Shown here one piece after another: positions 20,657 to 31,241 of a stretch of DNA of 64,000 nucleotides. A program made the position numbers and the translations under genes. Under the pieces are notes generated by a model. That model did no database searches. It was not told where the DNA came from and saw nothing but the letters and a program-made list of their open reading frames with translations. The DNA is from an uncultured SAR86 cluster bacterium. GTDB taxonomy: Bacteria; Pseudomonadota; Gammaproteobacteria; Magnimaribacterales; D2472. How positions within the stretch are numbered: the stretch's first letter is position 1; every line of letters begins with the position of its first letter. The stretch covers positions 331,074-395,073 of the forward strand of contig CACEAR010000001.1 of NCBI GenBank assembly GCA_902557575.1, in the 5' to 3' direction.

Positions 20657-21750
20657 GATATTTAGACTTTAAAAAATTTTCTATTTACTATGATCCTTAT
20701 CTAATAATTTCTATTACTCTGCTATCTATAATAGGACTTTTCTTTCTTTATAGCGCATCAGATGGGAATGCAGCTGTTTTAATTAAACAATCAATCTTTG
20801 TTTTTTTTGGCTTAATCTTAATGATCGTACTTAGCCAACCAGATCCTCAAATTTATTACTCATATTCAGGATTTTTTCTGCTTATTAGCATTATCTTAGT
20901 ATTTGTTGCAATCTTTTTTGGACCAGAGATTAATGGTGCAAATAGATGGATAAGCTTTGGTTTTGTAACACTTCAACCTTCAGAATTATGTAAGATTTTT
21001 CTACCAATATTTATTGCATCCTATCTTTATGGGGTTAAGTTACCCATTAACTTGAAGAATACATTTTTAACAATCTTTTTAATTCTTGTAGTTTTTCTAA
21101 TTGTCTCCTCTCAGCCTGATTTGGGCACTGCAATCGTAATACTTCTTTCTGGATTGTATGTATTATTTTTAGCTGGCCTAAGCTGGACATTCATTGGTTC
21201 CGCACTTGCCATATTTGTCATTTCACTTCCGTTTTTATGGAATAACTTTTTAGAACCTTTCCAAAGACAAAGAATTGCGACATTGTTTAATCCAGATCTT
21301 GACCCTTTTGGATCTGCATGGAATATCACACAATCAAAGATTGCCATCGGATCAGGAGGTATTTTTGGGAAAGGCTTTGGAGAAGGCACTCAATCTCATC
21401 TGAATTTTCTTCCTGAAACAGAGACAGATTTTATATTTGCAGTTATCGCTGAAGAATTTGGCTTAATTGGATTAACAATATTAATAGGTTTATATTTTTT
21501 TATTTTTATTAGATGCTTCTATTTATCAATAAATGCAAGAGATAGATTCTGCAGACTTGTTATTGGAGGGCTATCTCTAGTTTTTATATCAACACTATTC
21601 ATTAATATTGGGATGGTTATTGGACTTTTACCTGTTGTTGGGATGCCTTTGCCACTAATTAGCCAAGGAGGCTCATCTTTAATTTCTTTTTATATAGCAT
21701 TTGGCATAATAATATCTATGGCATCTCATAAAAAATTGGTACCAAGGTGA
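20653..21750 (+). CDS. rodA: Rod shape-determining SEDS glycosyltransferase RodA
   Basis: GANRW, QPSE, QPDLGT, TDFIF, PLISQGGSS. Confidence 0.97.
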   Translation: MRYLDFKKFSIYYDPYLIISITLLSIIGLFFLYSASDGNAAVLIKQSIFVFFGLILMIVLSQPDPQIYYSYSGFFLLISIILVFVAIFFGPEINGANRWISFGFVTLQPSELCKIFLPIFIASYLYGVKLPINLKNTFLTIFLILVVFLIVSSQPDLGTAIVILLSGLYVLFLAGLSWTFIGSALAIFVISLPFLWNNFLEPFQRQRIATLFNPDLDPFGSAWNITQSKIAIGSGGIFGKGFGEGTQSHLNFLPETETDFIFAVIAEEFGLIGLTILIGLYFFIFIRCFYLSINARDRFCRLVIGGLSLVFISTLFINIGMVIGLLPVVGMPLPLISQGGSSLISFYIAFGIIISMASHKKLVPR

Positions 21751-22775
21751 AAAAACTTTTTTTTGTTACATTATTAATTCAATTTAATTTTATTCAATCT
21801 GATTACTCTGTTCATCCAAGAGCAGATTTTGTTGTTAATGAATTAGTTAATTCTCATGGTTTTGATGAGAAGGAAGTCTTGGATGTTTTAAAAAATGCTA
21901 AAAAACAGCAAACGATTATTGATAGGATTTCAACTCCAGCTGAATTTACCATTACATGGGATGCATATAAAAATATATTTATTGAAGAGAAAAGAATAAA
22001 AAATGGTAAAAAATTTATTCAGGACAACCTGCCAGCTCTTAAAAAGGCTGAGGAAGAGTTTGGAGTTCCAAAAGAAATTATTACAGCAATCTTGGGTGTT
22101 GAAACAAGATATGGCAATATTCAAGGCAAGGATAGAGTACTAGACTCTCTCACAACACTAGGTTTTGATTACCCCAGAAGAGCAGAATTCTTTAGGAATG
22201 AGCTAATTAAATTTTTCATACTTACGAGAGAAAATAATCTTGATATTTATAGTGTTAAAGGATCTTATGCTGGAGCTATGGGGTATGGGCAATTTATTTC
22301 ATCCTCATACTTGGCATATGCTATTGATTATGACGGAGATAGTTATGCAGACCTTTTTGGTTCAAAAGAAGATGCTATTGGAAGTATTGCAAATTATTTG
22401 AGTATCCATGGATGGAATGCAGAGGCTGACATAGTTCTAAAAATAGATCATAACAATGTCAGAAAGCCCTATAATCTTGATGGTAAGTTTATTCCAGTAA
22501 AACTTGAGCAAGGAGAGGATATTTTCTATGAGATTCAAAATGGAGATACCTTATCTCAAATAGCTTTAGATAACGATATGAGACTTTCAGAGTTGATGAA
22601 ATTGAATGACATAAAAGATAAAGATGAACTAATGGCAGGAAAAAAGATCAAAATTAATAAAAAAAGTAATACATATTTTATCGGTACAGAAAATTTTGTT
22701 GCAATTACAAAATATAATTACAGTCACTTTTATGCAATGGTGGTTTACAATCTAGCAAGGGAGTTAGGATTATGA
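21747..22775 (+). CDS. mltB: Family 3 lytic transglycosylase (MltB/SltB1-like) with internal LysM domain
   Basis: GVETRYG (catalytic Glu), GSYAGAMG..QF, EF-hand-like DYDGD, ITKYN.S..YAM. LysM at about 22527-22655. Confidence 0.9.
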   Translation: MKKLFFVTLLIQFNFIQSDYSVHPRADFVVNELVNSHGFDEKEVLDVLKNAKKQQTIIDRISTPAEFTITWDAYKNIFIEEKRIKNGKKFIQDNLPALKKAEEEFGVPKEIITAILGVETRYGNIQGKDRVLDSLTTLGFDYPRRAEFFRNELIKFFILTRENNLDIYSVKGSYAGAMGYGQFISSSYLAYAIDYDGDSYADLFGSKEDAIGSIANYLSIHGWNAEADIVLKIDHNNVRKPYNLDGKFIPVKLEQGEDIFYEIQNGDTLSQIALDNDMRLSELMKLNDIKDKDELMAGKKIKINKKSNTYFIGTENFVAITKYNYSHFYAMVVYNLARELGL

Positions 22776-23923
22776 AAAAATTATTGTTCTTATTATTTGG
22801 TTTGATTTCTATTGAGTCTTTCGCCCAGTCTTTCATTCCAAATACCCCAACCCTTGACCTAAAAAGCTATATTTTAATAGAGCCTAATACAAATACAGTT
22901 ATCGCGAGCTTTAATGAAGATGCTCCAATCGAGCCAGCAAGTATGACTAAAGTAATGACCAGCTATGTTGTAGCTGACCAAATTGCAAATGACTTTTTAA
23001 GCTTGGATGACAGTGTGCTCATTAGTGAAAAAGCATGGAGAATGGAAGGTTCAAAAATGTTTATTGAGCAGGGTAAAAGAGTAAGTGTTCTTGACCTGCT
23101 CAAAGGAATAATAATTCAGTCAGGTAATGATGCCACAGTGGCATTAGCTGAATATGTTGGAGGCACTGAGGATGGATTTGTAGATTTGATGAATTCATAT
23201 GCTGCATCAATGGGCTTATCAAACACTTTATTTCAAAATTCTACTGGACTACCGGATGGAAATCATTTTTCTAGTGCTAAGGATTTAGCAACAATTACAA
23301 GTTTGTTAATAGATAATTTTCCAGAAACATATAGTTTATATAAAGAAAAATATTTCACTTTCAACAACATAAGGCAGCCAAATAGAAACCGTCTTCTTTG
23401 GAAAGACAATTCTTCTGACGGGGTGAAGACAGGGCATACAGAATCTGCTGGATATTGCCTAATAAGCTCTGCAAAGAGAAATGACATGAGGCTAATAGCT
23501 GTTGTGGCAGGTGCTAAATCTGATAAAGAGCGCTTTAATGATACTCAAAGATTGCTTGAATATGGGTTTAGATTTTATTCAACCCAAGAAGTAATTAAAA
23601 AAGACAATGCTCTCAAAAATGTTGATGTATGGGGCGGTAAAAAGAATCTGGTTTCGCTGGGTTCTGAAAATAATATTAAGTTAACTCTTCCTAGAACTAC
23701 TTTTAAAAACATCACAATTAGCTATGACTTTCAGAACAATTTAAGAGCTCCAATTAAAGAAGGACAAACCCTTGGGACATTGGTAATTAAAGACGGAGAA
23801 AAAACTTTACATACCGAAAATTTGGTTGCTTTAAATGACATTGAAGCAAAAGGATTCTTTGGCAGATTGTGGGCAAGCTTAGTATTGTGGTTTAGAGGTT
23901 TGTTTGGCCTAGGTGATGCCTAA
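22772..23923 (+). CDS. dacA: D-alanyl-D-alanine carboxypeptidase (PBP5/6)
   Basis: PASMTK, QSGND, KTGHT, C-terminal amphipathic helix. Confidence 0.93.
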   Translation: MKKLLFLLFGLISIESFAQSFIPNTPTLDLKSYILIEPNTNTVIASFNEDAPIEPASMTKVMTSYVVADQIANDFLSLDDSVLISEKAWRMEGSKMFIEQGKRVSVLDLLKGIIIQSGNDATVALAEYVGGTEDGFVDLMNSYAASMGLSNTLFQNSTGLPDGNHFSSAKDLATITSLLIDNFPETYSLYKEKYFTFNNIRQPNRNRLLWKDNSSDGVKTGHTESAGYCLISSAKRNDMRLIAVVAGAKSDKERFNDTQRLLEYGFRFYSTQEVIKKDNALKNVDVWGGKKNLVSLGSENNIKLTLPRTTFKNITISYDFQNNLRAPIKEGQTLGTLVIKDGEKTLHTENLVALNDIEAKGFFGRLWASLVLWFRGLFGLGDA

Positions 23924-24740
23924 ATTAGCATCATACAACGGCAAAGTTGATTCAATAGAAAATATTAGAGTCTCTCCGATGTCGAGAGCGTTCCTTTTTT
24001 CAGATAGCGTTTATGAAGTTATTTCTTTTTATAAGAAAAAGTTTATTGATTTTGAAACTCATCTTGATCGTCTCAAACATAGCCTCAATGAAACTAAAAT
24101 ATCTTGTTCTATTGAGGAGTGCAAAACTGAAATAGTAAAACTTTTAAATGAATCCAAATTTGAAGATGGATATATTTATTACCAAGTTTCAAGAGGAGTT
24201 GATTCTATAAGATCTCACTTTGCCGAGGAAAGTGATTGTGAAAGGTTTGGCTTTATTGAAGAATTTTCTTTTTTTAATCAATCACCCTTAAAGGTCATGT
24301 TGGTTGATGATATTCGCTGGCAGAGATGCGATATTAAATCAACTTCATTGCTTGGTAATGTCCTTCAAATGAATGATGCCAAAAGTGTTGGTTGTAATGA
24401 AATATTAATGCATAAAAATGGTGAGCTAACTGAGGGTGGAGCAAGCAACATATTTTTTGTTAAAAATAAAACTATTTTTACACCGAAACTATCCCCCAAC
24501 ATTTTGCCAGGTATAACGCGACATCAGGTTATTAAAATAATTAAAGATAAGAAGCTAAATTTTGAAGAAGGATCTTATAGCATAGATGATTTAAAGGAGG
24601 CTTCATCAATTTGGTTTACCAGCACTACAAAAGGAATTTTATGCGTTGAGGAAATAGTAAATCTTGAAACTAAAATTAATACTGAGTGTGAATTACTTGA
24701 GATTTGTAAAAATGCATTTGTAAAAAGGTATTTTAGCTAG
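23913..24740 (+). CDS. Class IV aminotransferase, D-amino-acid transaminase-like
   Basis: FLFSDSVYEV, HLDRL, RWQRCDIKSTSLL (PLP Lys), TEGGASN, ILPGITR. Follows dac. Confidence 0.85.
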   Translation: MMPKLASYNGKVDSIENIRVSPMSRAFLFSDSVYEVISFYKKKFIDFETHLDRLKHSLNETKISCSIEECKTEIVKLLNESKFEDGYIYYQVSRGVDSIRSHFAEESDCERFGFIEEFSFFNQSPLKVMLVDDIRWQRCDIKSTSLLGNVLQMNDAKSVGCNEILMHKNGELTEGGASNIFFVKNKTIFTPKLSPNILPGITRHQVIKIIKDKKLNFEEGSYSIDDLKEASSIWFTSTTKGILCVEEIVNLETKINTECELLEICKNAFVKRYFS

Positions 24741-25713
24741 TACAAATTCTAATTATTAGTCTCTCAACTTCCTTCCATGCATCAAGTCTTTTAATACCCT
24801 TAAAAGTTTTCTCAATCTCAAAAATATCTTTACTTAGATTTAATAGATTAGACTCCATTTTTTTTATAAAAGATAAGTAGAGACTTATCTTTGAGTTCCA
24901 CATTTTTGTATTTTCAAGATATCTTTTTGGCGAAGAGCTTTTCTTTGCCATAAGAGACGTACTTATTAACTTATCTAAAACCCATATCACTAGGGCAAGA
25001 GAGTTTGGATCATTTTGTTTAATTTGCCTGAGGATTTTTATTGATTTCTTTTCATTTAAATTCAATAGGCAATCTTCGAGCTCATAAGGAGCATGAATTG
25101 AGCTACTTATGGAGTTTTCAAGTGAAACTGAATCTTTTTCAGCTGAATGCAATATTTTTAGGGTTTCAATATCATTTCTATGTGCAACTAAGTTACTAGA
25201 GTTCAACTCAAATAAATGCTTTGCAACCCTATCTGCATCGTTTTTATCAAGAAAGTTGAGCTTTTCTCTTAACCATTTCTTTTCATCAAGTGGTTTTAAT
25301 TTCGTGCATTCAATGATTTGTATAAATTCTTTATTATCTTTGATCCATTTTGTATTTGGGCTTATAGATTCAGAAATACTATCAATAACAATCTTAATAT
25401 TATTCATATTATCTAAATCAATCTTTTCTAATATTTCGGAAAGAGACTTTGGAAACCTTCCTTCACTATGAACTACCTTAATTATTATCTGTGACCCAAA
25501 TAAACCACCTCCAAGATTGTTTTGAATTGCTGACAAAAGACCATCTGATTCATTAGCCTCAAAGATTATTGTTTCATCATAGCCCTGATCAGCAAAATCT
25601 TTTGTTAAAAAGTCCTTTACCTCATTCTTTAGTATCATCTCTTTTCCATGAACGAGGCTAAGCACAGCGCTTCCTCTTAGATTATTTTTGAAGTCGAGAC
25701 TACTTATCTTCAT
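24733..25713 (-). CDS. holA: DNA polymerase III delta subunit (divergent)
   Basis: Position after leuS-lptE, size, LVHGKE and GLFG..IIK segments. Confidence 0.75.
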   Translation of the reverse strand: MKISSLDFKNNLRGSAVLSLVHGKEMILKNEVKDFLTKDFADQGYDETIIFEANESDGLLSAIQNNLGGGLFGSQIIIKVVHSEGRFPKSLSEILEKIDLDNMNNIKIVIDSISESISPNTKWIKDNKEFIQIIECTKLKPLDEKKWLREKLNFLDKNDADRVAKHLFELNSSNLVAHRNDIETLKILHSAEKDSVSLENSISSSIHAPYELEDCLLNLNEKKSIKILRQIKQNDPNSLALVIWVLDKLISTSLMAKKSSSPKRYLENTKMWNSKISLYLSFIKKMESNLLNLSKDIFEIEKTFKGIKRLDAWKEVERLIIRICTS

Positions 25714-26179
25714 GGGTCTTTAAATAAAGGACTATTTTTTTATTTAAATCCTCAATAATTTCAACACGCATTAATTTTACTAATTCTTTTTGTGCCAAAG
25801 GATTAAGGCTTTGAGTATTAAATCTTCTTGAAGAACTAATCTTTTTAGAGTGCTCTTCGTCATTAAGGATGTATACCTGAATACTTCCAACAACCTCACT
25901 TTCAAGGGAACCTAGATTTTCACCACCATAAAAATTATTTTCTTTGAATTCGAACTCTATAATATTTACTTCTGTTGACGAAGCTTCATTTTCTTTAACA
26001 AAAATACTTAGATTATTTTTTATATTTATAGGAACAGATAGATCAAACTTAATTTTATTTACAATAATTTCAGAGTCAGAATTAACTGGGCTAAATGAGC
26101 AGCCAAGAATTGCTATATTGAGGAAAATTAGAGTTGCTAGATTACGAAATTTATTAGCTTTTCTTTTACATAGATACAT
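25700..26179 (-). CDS. lptE: LptE-like LPS assembly lipoprotein
   Basis: Lipobox ILGC; lies between leuS and holA. Start uncertain (43-nt overlap with leuS). Confidence 0.65.
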   Translation of the reverse strand: MYLCKRKANKFRNLATLIFLNIAILGCSFSPVNSDSEIIVNKIKFDLSVPINIKNNLSIFVKENEASSTEVNIIEFEFKENNFYGGENLGSLESEVVGSIQVYILNDEEHSKKISSSRRFNTQSLNPLAQKELVKLMRVEIIEDLNKKIVLYLKTHEDK

Positions 26180-28536
26180 TTCTTGATTTCCTTATCGCCA
26201 AGTAAATCATCCACATTTTTAATAGACTTAGCAACACTTTCGATTTCGTCTTGTTCCAAGTTTGATGATATTTCTATTTTTCCTCTGACTTTTCCATTAA
26301 TCTGGACAACTAACTCAAATGTATCAGTGACCATTAAATCTTCATCAAAAGTTGGCCAGGTATCCTCAATTTCTGAGCTACCCTCAAAAAAGTTATTCCA
26401 TAGAGTTTCACATATATGTGGCGCTATCGGATAAAGCATTTGCAGGATTGATGCGATGAATTCATTGAGGCAGAATTGATCATTTTTAGATGATATTTCA
26501 CCTTTAATCTGATCTGGCGTTGAATTTAAAAGCTCCATACAAGCTGCAATTACTGTGTTAAAAGCATATCTATTTTCGTAGTCATCAGTAACTTTTTTTA
26601 TAGTTAAGTGAATTTTTCTTCTAAAGTCTTTCTGACTATTATCTAACTCACCTTGTATCTTTACTTTTTTAAACTTTTTATCATGGGTAAAGCTCCAAAG
26701 TTTTTTTAAGAATCTAAAAGCTCCTTCTACAGCAGTTTCAGACCACTCTAAACTTTGTTCAGGAGGAGCGGTAAACATCATGTAAAGACGTATCGTGTCT
26801 GCACCATACTTATCAATATATTGTTGTGGGTCAACTGTGTTGCCTTTTGACTTTGACATCTTAGACCCATCTTTAAGAACCATTCCTTGAGTAAGTAATT
26901 TTTTAAAAGGCTCGTCACCCTCTACTAAGCCAATATCTCTCATAGCTTTATGGAAAAACCTTGAATAAAGAAGATGCAAGATAGCATGTTCAATACCGCC
27001 AATATAAAGATCAACTGGAAGCCAGTATGCTGAATTTTCATCTAGAGCTTTTTTATTATTATCTGCTGCTGTAAATCTTGCGTAATACCAGGACGAGTCT
27101 ACAAAAGTATCAAATGTATCAACTTCTCTTGATTCATTCGGACCAATATCAAAAAAATCTTTATTTTGACTAAGTGGTTTTGGGGACTCTCCATCTTTTA
27201 TTTTTGGTAACTCAACAGGCAGGTCTGTTTTCTCTAAAAAAATAGGCTCATCATTTTTATAGACTACCGGTATAGGGCATCCCCAAAATCTTTGTCTGCT
27301 GACGCCCCAGTCACGTAATCGAAAATTCTCAATGCCTTTACCTATTTTTTCTTTTTCAAGGAAGCTATTGATATCTTGGATTGCATTTTCTGAAGTCAGA
27401 CCGTTAAATTTCTCAGAGTTAATGAGCTCACCTTTTTCAGGGGAGGGCACCTCATCAGCTTTTATGACTTGCTTGATATTTATATCATATTTGAGAGCAA
27501 ACTCATGATCCCTTTCGTCATGAGCTGGGACTCCCATCACTACTCCTGTTCCATAATCCATTAGGACATAATTGGCAATCCAGACATCAAGATCAATTCC
27601 TGTAAAAGGATGTTTAACTTTTAAATTCGTTTTTAAGCCCAACTTATCAGCCTTAGCCATATCTGCTTCAGCCATCTTTGTTTCATTGCATTTTTTAATA
27701 AAGTCATCAATCTCAGGATCTTGATTCGCTAAATTTTGTGAAATTGGATGATTTGGTGATATTGCAAGGTATGTAACCCCATAAATAGTATCAATTCTTG
27801 TTGTAAAAGCAGTTAGCTCTTCTCCATCTGGAAGAGGAAAGCTTATCTCTGATCCAAAAGATTTACCAATCCAATTTTTTTGCATTGATTTAACATTTTC
27901 TGGCCAATCAAGATTTTCTATAGAGGTGAGAAGCTCATCAGCATAATCTGTAATCTTTAAAAACCATTGGTCAATTTCTTTTAACTCTACAGTAGCCCCT
28001 GATCTCCATCCTTTACCATCTATTACTTGTTCATTCGCAAGTACTGTCTCATCAACTGGGTCCCAATTAACTAGAGATTTCTTTCTATAAACTAGACCTT
28101 GCTTATGAAGAAGACTAAAAATTTCTTGCTCCCACTTATAATAGTTTGGATCACAGGTTTTAAGCTCCTTCGACCAGTCATAGCTAAATCCGAGTCTTTT
28201 AAGCTGTAACTTCATATTCTCTATGTTTTGCTCAGTCCAACTTTGTGGATCAACTTTATTTTGAATAGCTGCATTTTCAGCAGGCAGTCCAAAGGCATCC
28301 CAGCCCATAGGCTGGAAGACATTGAATCCTCTCATTCTTTTATATCTAGAAATAACGTCGCCAATCGTATAGTTCCTTACATGCCCCATGTGAAGTTTTC
28401 CAGACGGATAAGGGAACATAGACAAGCAATAATACTTCTCTCTATCATCTGGAGAAGCCTTATATTTATTTATCTTTTCCCATTCAGACTGAATACTTGA
28501 TTCAATTTTTTCTGGATTATATTGTTCTTCAAGCAT
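26137..28536 (-). CDS. leuS: Leucine--tRNA ligase
   Basis: [24 protein letters not shown], editing domain [17 protein letters not shown]. Confidence 0.99.
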   Translation of the reverse strand: MLEEQYNPEKIESSIQSEWEKINKYKASPDDREKYYCLSMFPYPSGKLHMGHVRNYTIGDVISRYKRMRGFNVFQPMGWDAFGLPAENAAIQNKVDPQSWTEQNIENMKLQLKRLGFSYDWSKELKTCDPNYYKWEQEIFSLLHKQGLVYRKKSLVNWDPVDETVLANEQVIDGKGWRSGATVELKEIDQWFLKITDYADELLTSIENLDWPENVKSMQKNWIGKSFGSEISFPLPDGEELTAFTTRIDTIYGVTYLAISPNHPISQNLANQDPEIDDFIKKCNETKMAEADMAKADKLGLKTNLKVKHPFTGIDLDVWIANYVLMDYGTGVVMGVPAHDERDHEFALKYDINIKQVIKADEVPSPEKGELINSEKFNGLTSENAIQDINSFLEKEKIGKGIENFRLRDWGVSRQRFWGCPIPVVYKNDEPIFLEKTDLPVELPKIKDGESPKPLSQNKDFFDIGPNESREVDTFDTFVDSSWYYARFTAADNNKKALDENSAYWLPVDLYIGGIEHAILHLLYSRFFHKAMRDIGLVEGDEPFKKLLTQGMVLKDGSKMSKSKGNTVDPQQYIDKYGADTIRLYMMFTAPPEQSLEWSETAVEGAFRFLKKLWSFTHDKKFKKVKIQGELDNSQKDFRRKIHLTIKKVTDDYENRYAFNTVIAACMELLNSTPDQIKGEISSKNDQFCLNEFIASILQMLYPIAPHICETLWNNFFEGSSEIEDTWPTFDEDLMVTDTFELVVQINGKVRGKIEISSNLEQDEIESVAKSIKNVDDLLGDKEIKKCIYVKEKLINFVI

Positions 28537-29875
28537 TTTTTAGAAACTCATTTTCAAGATAGTTGATTGTATGTTGATTTTTAATGAATTTCTCATCTTT
28601 AAGCATTTTTTGATGGAATTGATGAGTTGTTTGTATTCCCTCAATAAAAAACTCATCAAGAGCACTTAACATTCTTTTAATAGCTGACTTTCTTGAGCCG
28701 GCAAGAGAAATTATTTTTGCCAACATTGAGTCATAGTAGGGTGGAACTTCATAGCCATTATAAATGTGTGAGTCATAACGAATACCAAATCCACCAGGTA
28801 TGTGCATCCGAGTTATCTTTCCAGGATTTGGAATGAAATTAACAGAGTCCTCTGCATTAATTCTGCACTCAATTGCATGCCCTCTGAAATTTATATCACT
28901 TTGATTTAAAGTCATTGGCAAGCCTAATGCTATCCTAAGCTGAGCCTTCACTAAATCAAATCCAGTGATCATTTCTGTCACAGGATGCTCCACCTGAATC
29001 CGAGTATTCATTTCAAGGAAGTAAAAACATTCTTTCTCATAGAGAAATTCTAGGGTACCAACACCTTCATAGTTGAGGTCTTTACATAGATTTACGCAGT
29101 TTTTTAAAACTTCATCAAGCTTCTTTTTGTTTACATCTCTTGCAGGAGCCTCCTCGATTAATTTTTGATGCCTTCTTTGGATTGAGCAATCTCTGGTCCC
29201 TAAATGAATAGCATTACCTTTTCCATCTCCAACTACCTGTATCTCAATGTGCCTAGGATTTTCAATAAATTTCTCAAAATAAACAATATCATTACCAAAT
29301 CCATTAAGTGCTTCTTGCTTTGCAATTTGTACTGAATTAATTAGCTCCTTTGAGCTCCTTACAATTTTCATTCCTCTTCCACCACCACCAGCTGTTGCCT
29401 TCACAATAAGTGGATATCCAATTTCATCAGCTATTTTAAAAATTTCTTCTTCATTATCAGGTAGTTCATTATTAAAACCAGGAACTCCATCAATACCATA
29501 TTTTGTAACTATAGATTTTGCAGTTATTTTGTCTCCCATCTGTCTTATAGTTTCTGAGCTTGGACCGATAAACTTGAATCCACTAAGATTACATTGCTCA
29601 GCGAAAGAGTGATCTTCAGCTAGAAATCCATACCCAGGATATATTGCATCTGAACCTGTAACATCTGCTGCTGATAAAATAGTGGGTGCATCAAGATAGC
29701 TTTTAGTTGGATCAGCGGGACCAACACAAACTGATTCGTCTGAGAATCTCAAGCTTTTTAGCTCTTTATCTCCTTCAGAATAAATACAGACGGTTTTTAA
29801 ACCTAGCTCTTTGCATGCCCTTATGGCACGTAAAGAGATTTCTCCTCTATTGGCAATTAGAACTTTTTTTGACAT
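28529..29875 (-). CDS. accC: Acetyl-CoA carboxylase, biotin carboxylase
   Basis: [34 protein letters not shown]. Confidence 0.97.
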   Translation of the reverse strand: MSKKVLIANRGEISLRAIRACKELGLKTVCIYSEGDKELKSLRFSDESVCVGPADPTKSYLDAPTILSAADVTGSDAIYPGYGFLAEDHSFAEQCNLSGFKFIGPSSETIRQMGDKITAKSIVTKYGIDGVPGFNNELPDNEEEIFKIADEIGYPLIVKATAGGGGRGMKIVRSSKELINSVQIAKQEALNGFGNDIVYFEKFIENPRHIEIQVVGDGKGNAIHLGTRDCSIQRRHQKLIEEAPARDVNKKKLDEVLKNCVNLCKDLNYEGVGTLEFLYEKECFYFLEMNTRIQVEHPVTEMITGFDLVKAQLRIALGLPMTLNQSDINFRGHAIECRINAEDSVNFIPNPGKITRMHIPGGFGIRYDSHIYNGYEVPPYYDSMLAKIISLAGSRKSAIKRMLSALDEFFIEGIQTTHQFHQKMLKDEKFIKNQHTINYLENEFLKNA

Positions 29876-30313
29876 TTACTCTAGGGTAATTAAATCTTGA
29901 GAAAACTGAACTGGCTCGCCATCTTCAACTTCAATTGAGACTATTTTTCCGCTAAATTCAGATTTAATTTCATTCATCATTTTCATTGCTTCTACAATGC
30001 AAACAATTTGTCCAGCATCAATAACATCACCTACTTTTACATACGGATCTTTATCTGGCGCCGGTCTTCTATAGAAAGTTCCAACAATTGGAGATGTAAT
30101 AGTTTTTGAACCAGATACAGTAGTTTCTTTGGTTTCAGTGCTAATAATCGACTCAACTTTTCTTTCTGAAGTTGGCTTCTCAACCACAATATCATTTGAA
30201 GATTTTCTGGAAATCCTCACAGCTTCCTCGCCCTCAGTAACCTCAATTTCTGTAAGGTCTGATTCTTGGAGCATTTCGATTAACTTTTTAATTTTTCTTA
30301 TATCCATACTCAT
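29876..30313 (-). CDS. accB: Acetyl-CoA carboxylase biotin carboxyl carrier protein
   Basis: MDIRKIKKLIE, SPIVGTFY, EAMKMMN. Confidence 0.97.
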   Translation of the reverse strand: MSMDIRKIKKLIEMLQESDLTEIEVTEGEEAVRISRKSSNDIVVEKPTSERKVESIISTETKETTVSGSKTITSPIVGTFYRRPAPDKDPYVKVGDVIDAGQIVCIVEAMKMMNEIKSEFSGKIVSIEVEDGEPVQFSQDLITLE

Positions 30314-30318
30314 AAAAT

Positions 30319-30750
30319 TTAATTAGAATTAATTGCTTTTTCTAAGGCAAATTCGTAGCCCTTAGTTCCCATTCCACATACAACACCCTCTGCAATGTCA
30401 GAAAAATATGATTTATGTCTAAATTCTTCTCTGGCAAATATATTTGAAATATGGATCTCATAAAACGGAATGCCTACGCCAATAAGAGCATCTCGTATTG
30501 AAATACTTGTATGTGTAAATGCACCTGGATTGATAAGAATCTTTGAAACATTACCTTCCTTAGATGCATGAATTTTTTCAACAATTTCATGTTCAGCATT
30601 GCTTTGAAAGGAAGCGAAAGAAACACCATTTTCTTTACAAATCTCAGAGAGGTTTTTCTCAATATCTTCCAATGTATCATTACCATAAATAGAGTTTTCT
30701 CTATTTCCAAGAAGATTTAAGTTAGGCCCATTTATTAAAAGGATTTCCAT
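30319..30750 (-). CDS. aroQ: Type II 3-dehydroquinate dehydratase
   Basis: [25 protein letters not shown]. Confidence 0.97.
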   Translation of the reverse strand: MEILLINGPNLNLLGNRENSIYGNDTLEDIEKNLSEICKENGVSFASFQSNAEHEIVEKIHASKEGNVSKILINPGAFTHTSISIRDALIGVGIPFYEIHISNIFAREEFRHKSYFSDIAEGVVCGMGTKGYEFALEKAINSN

Positions 30751-30800
30751 CAGTCGATTTTATATGCTTTTTCGAGGAAATTAAAAGATTATTGCAGGAC

Positions 30801-31232
30801 TTATAAAGATGATAACTTGACTTTTATTGGTGTATAACAGAACCTTTTTTCAGCACATCCTTGAAAGACTACTTCATAATTCATCAGATTTTGTTCTAAT
30901 TGATCTAATATCTCTAAATCAAGGCTATTCCTATATATCACAGTTTCTCCTAGAAATTCGTCTTTATGGACAACTGGATCACCAATAAGCTCAAATTCAA
31001 CCGACCGATTTTTATGAGTAACCTTTATTGAGTTTTCATACAAATAATAAGTTTTTTCTATTTCCCAATTTATTAAAAGAGAATCGTCAATTTCAGTGAC
31101 CGTCATCTTAAAAGCATCTTCGGGATCAAGGATCTCATTACCTAAACCTATTTGATTTAAAGCTAAAATATTATTTGAAAACATGGATATCAAGATTGCG
31201 TATAATGAGATCAGAGATTTTTTATTGCGCAA
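30801..31232 (-). CDS. Stand-alone DsbD N-terminal (Ig-like) domain protein
   Basis: LDPEDAF, W.I...YYLY, DEFLG, FQGCAEKRFCYTP (nDsbD Cys pair). A TTG start at 31232 gives a signal peptide. Confidence 0.8.
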   Translation of the reverse strand: MRNKKSLISLYAILISMFSNNILALNQIGLGNEILDPEDAFKMTVTEIDDSLLINWEIEKTYYLYENSIKVTHKNRSVEFELIGDPVVHKDEFLGETVIYRNSLDLEILDQLEQNLMNYEVVFQGCAEKRFCYTPIKVKLSSL

Positions 31233-31241
31233 CAGAACAAA

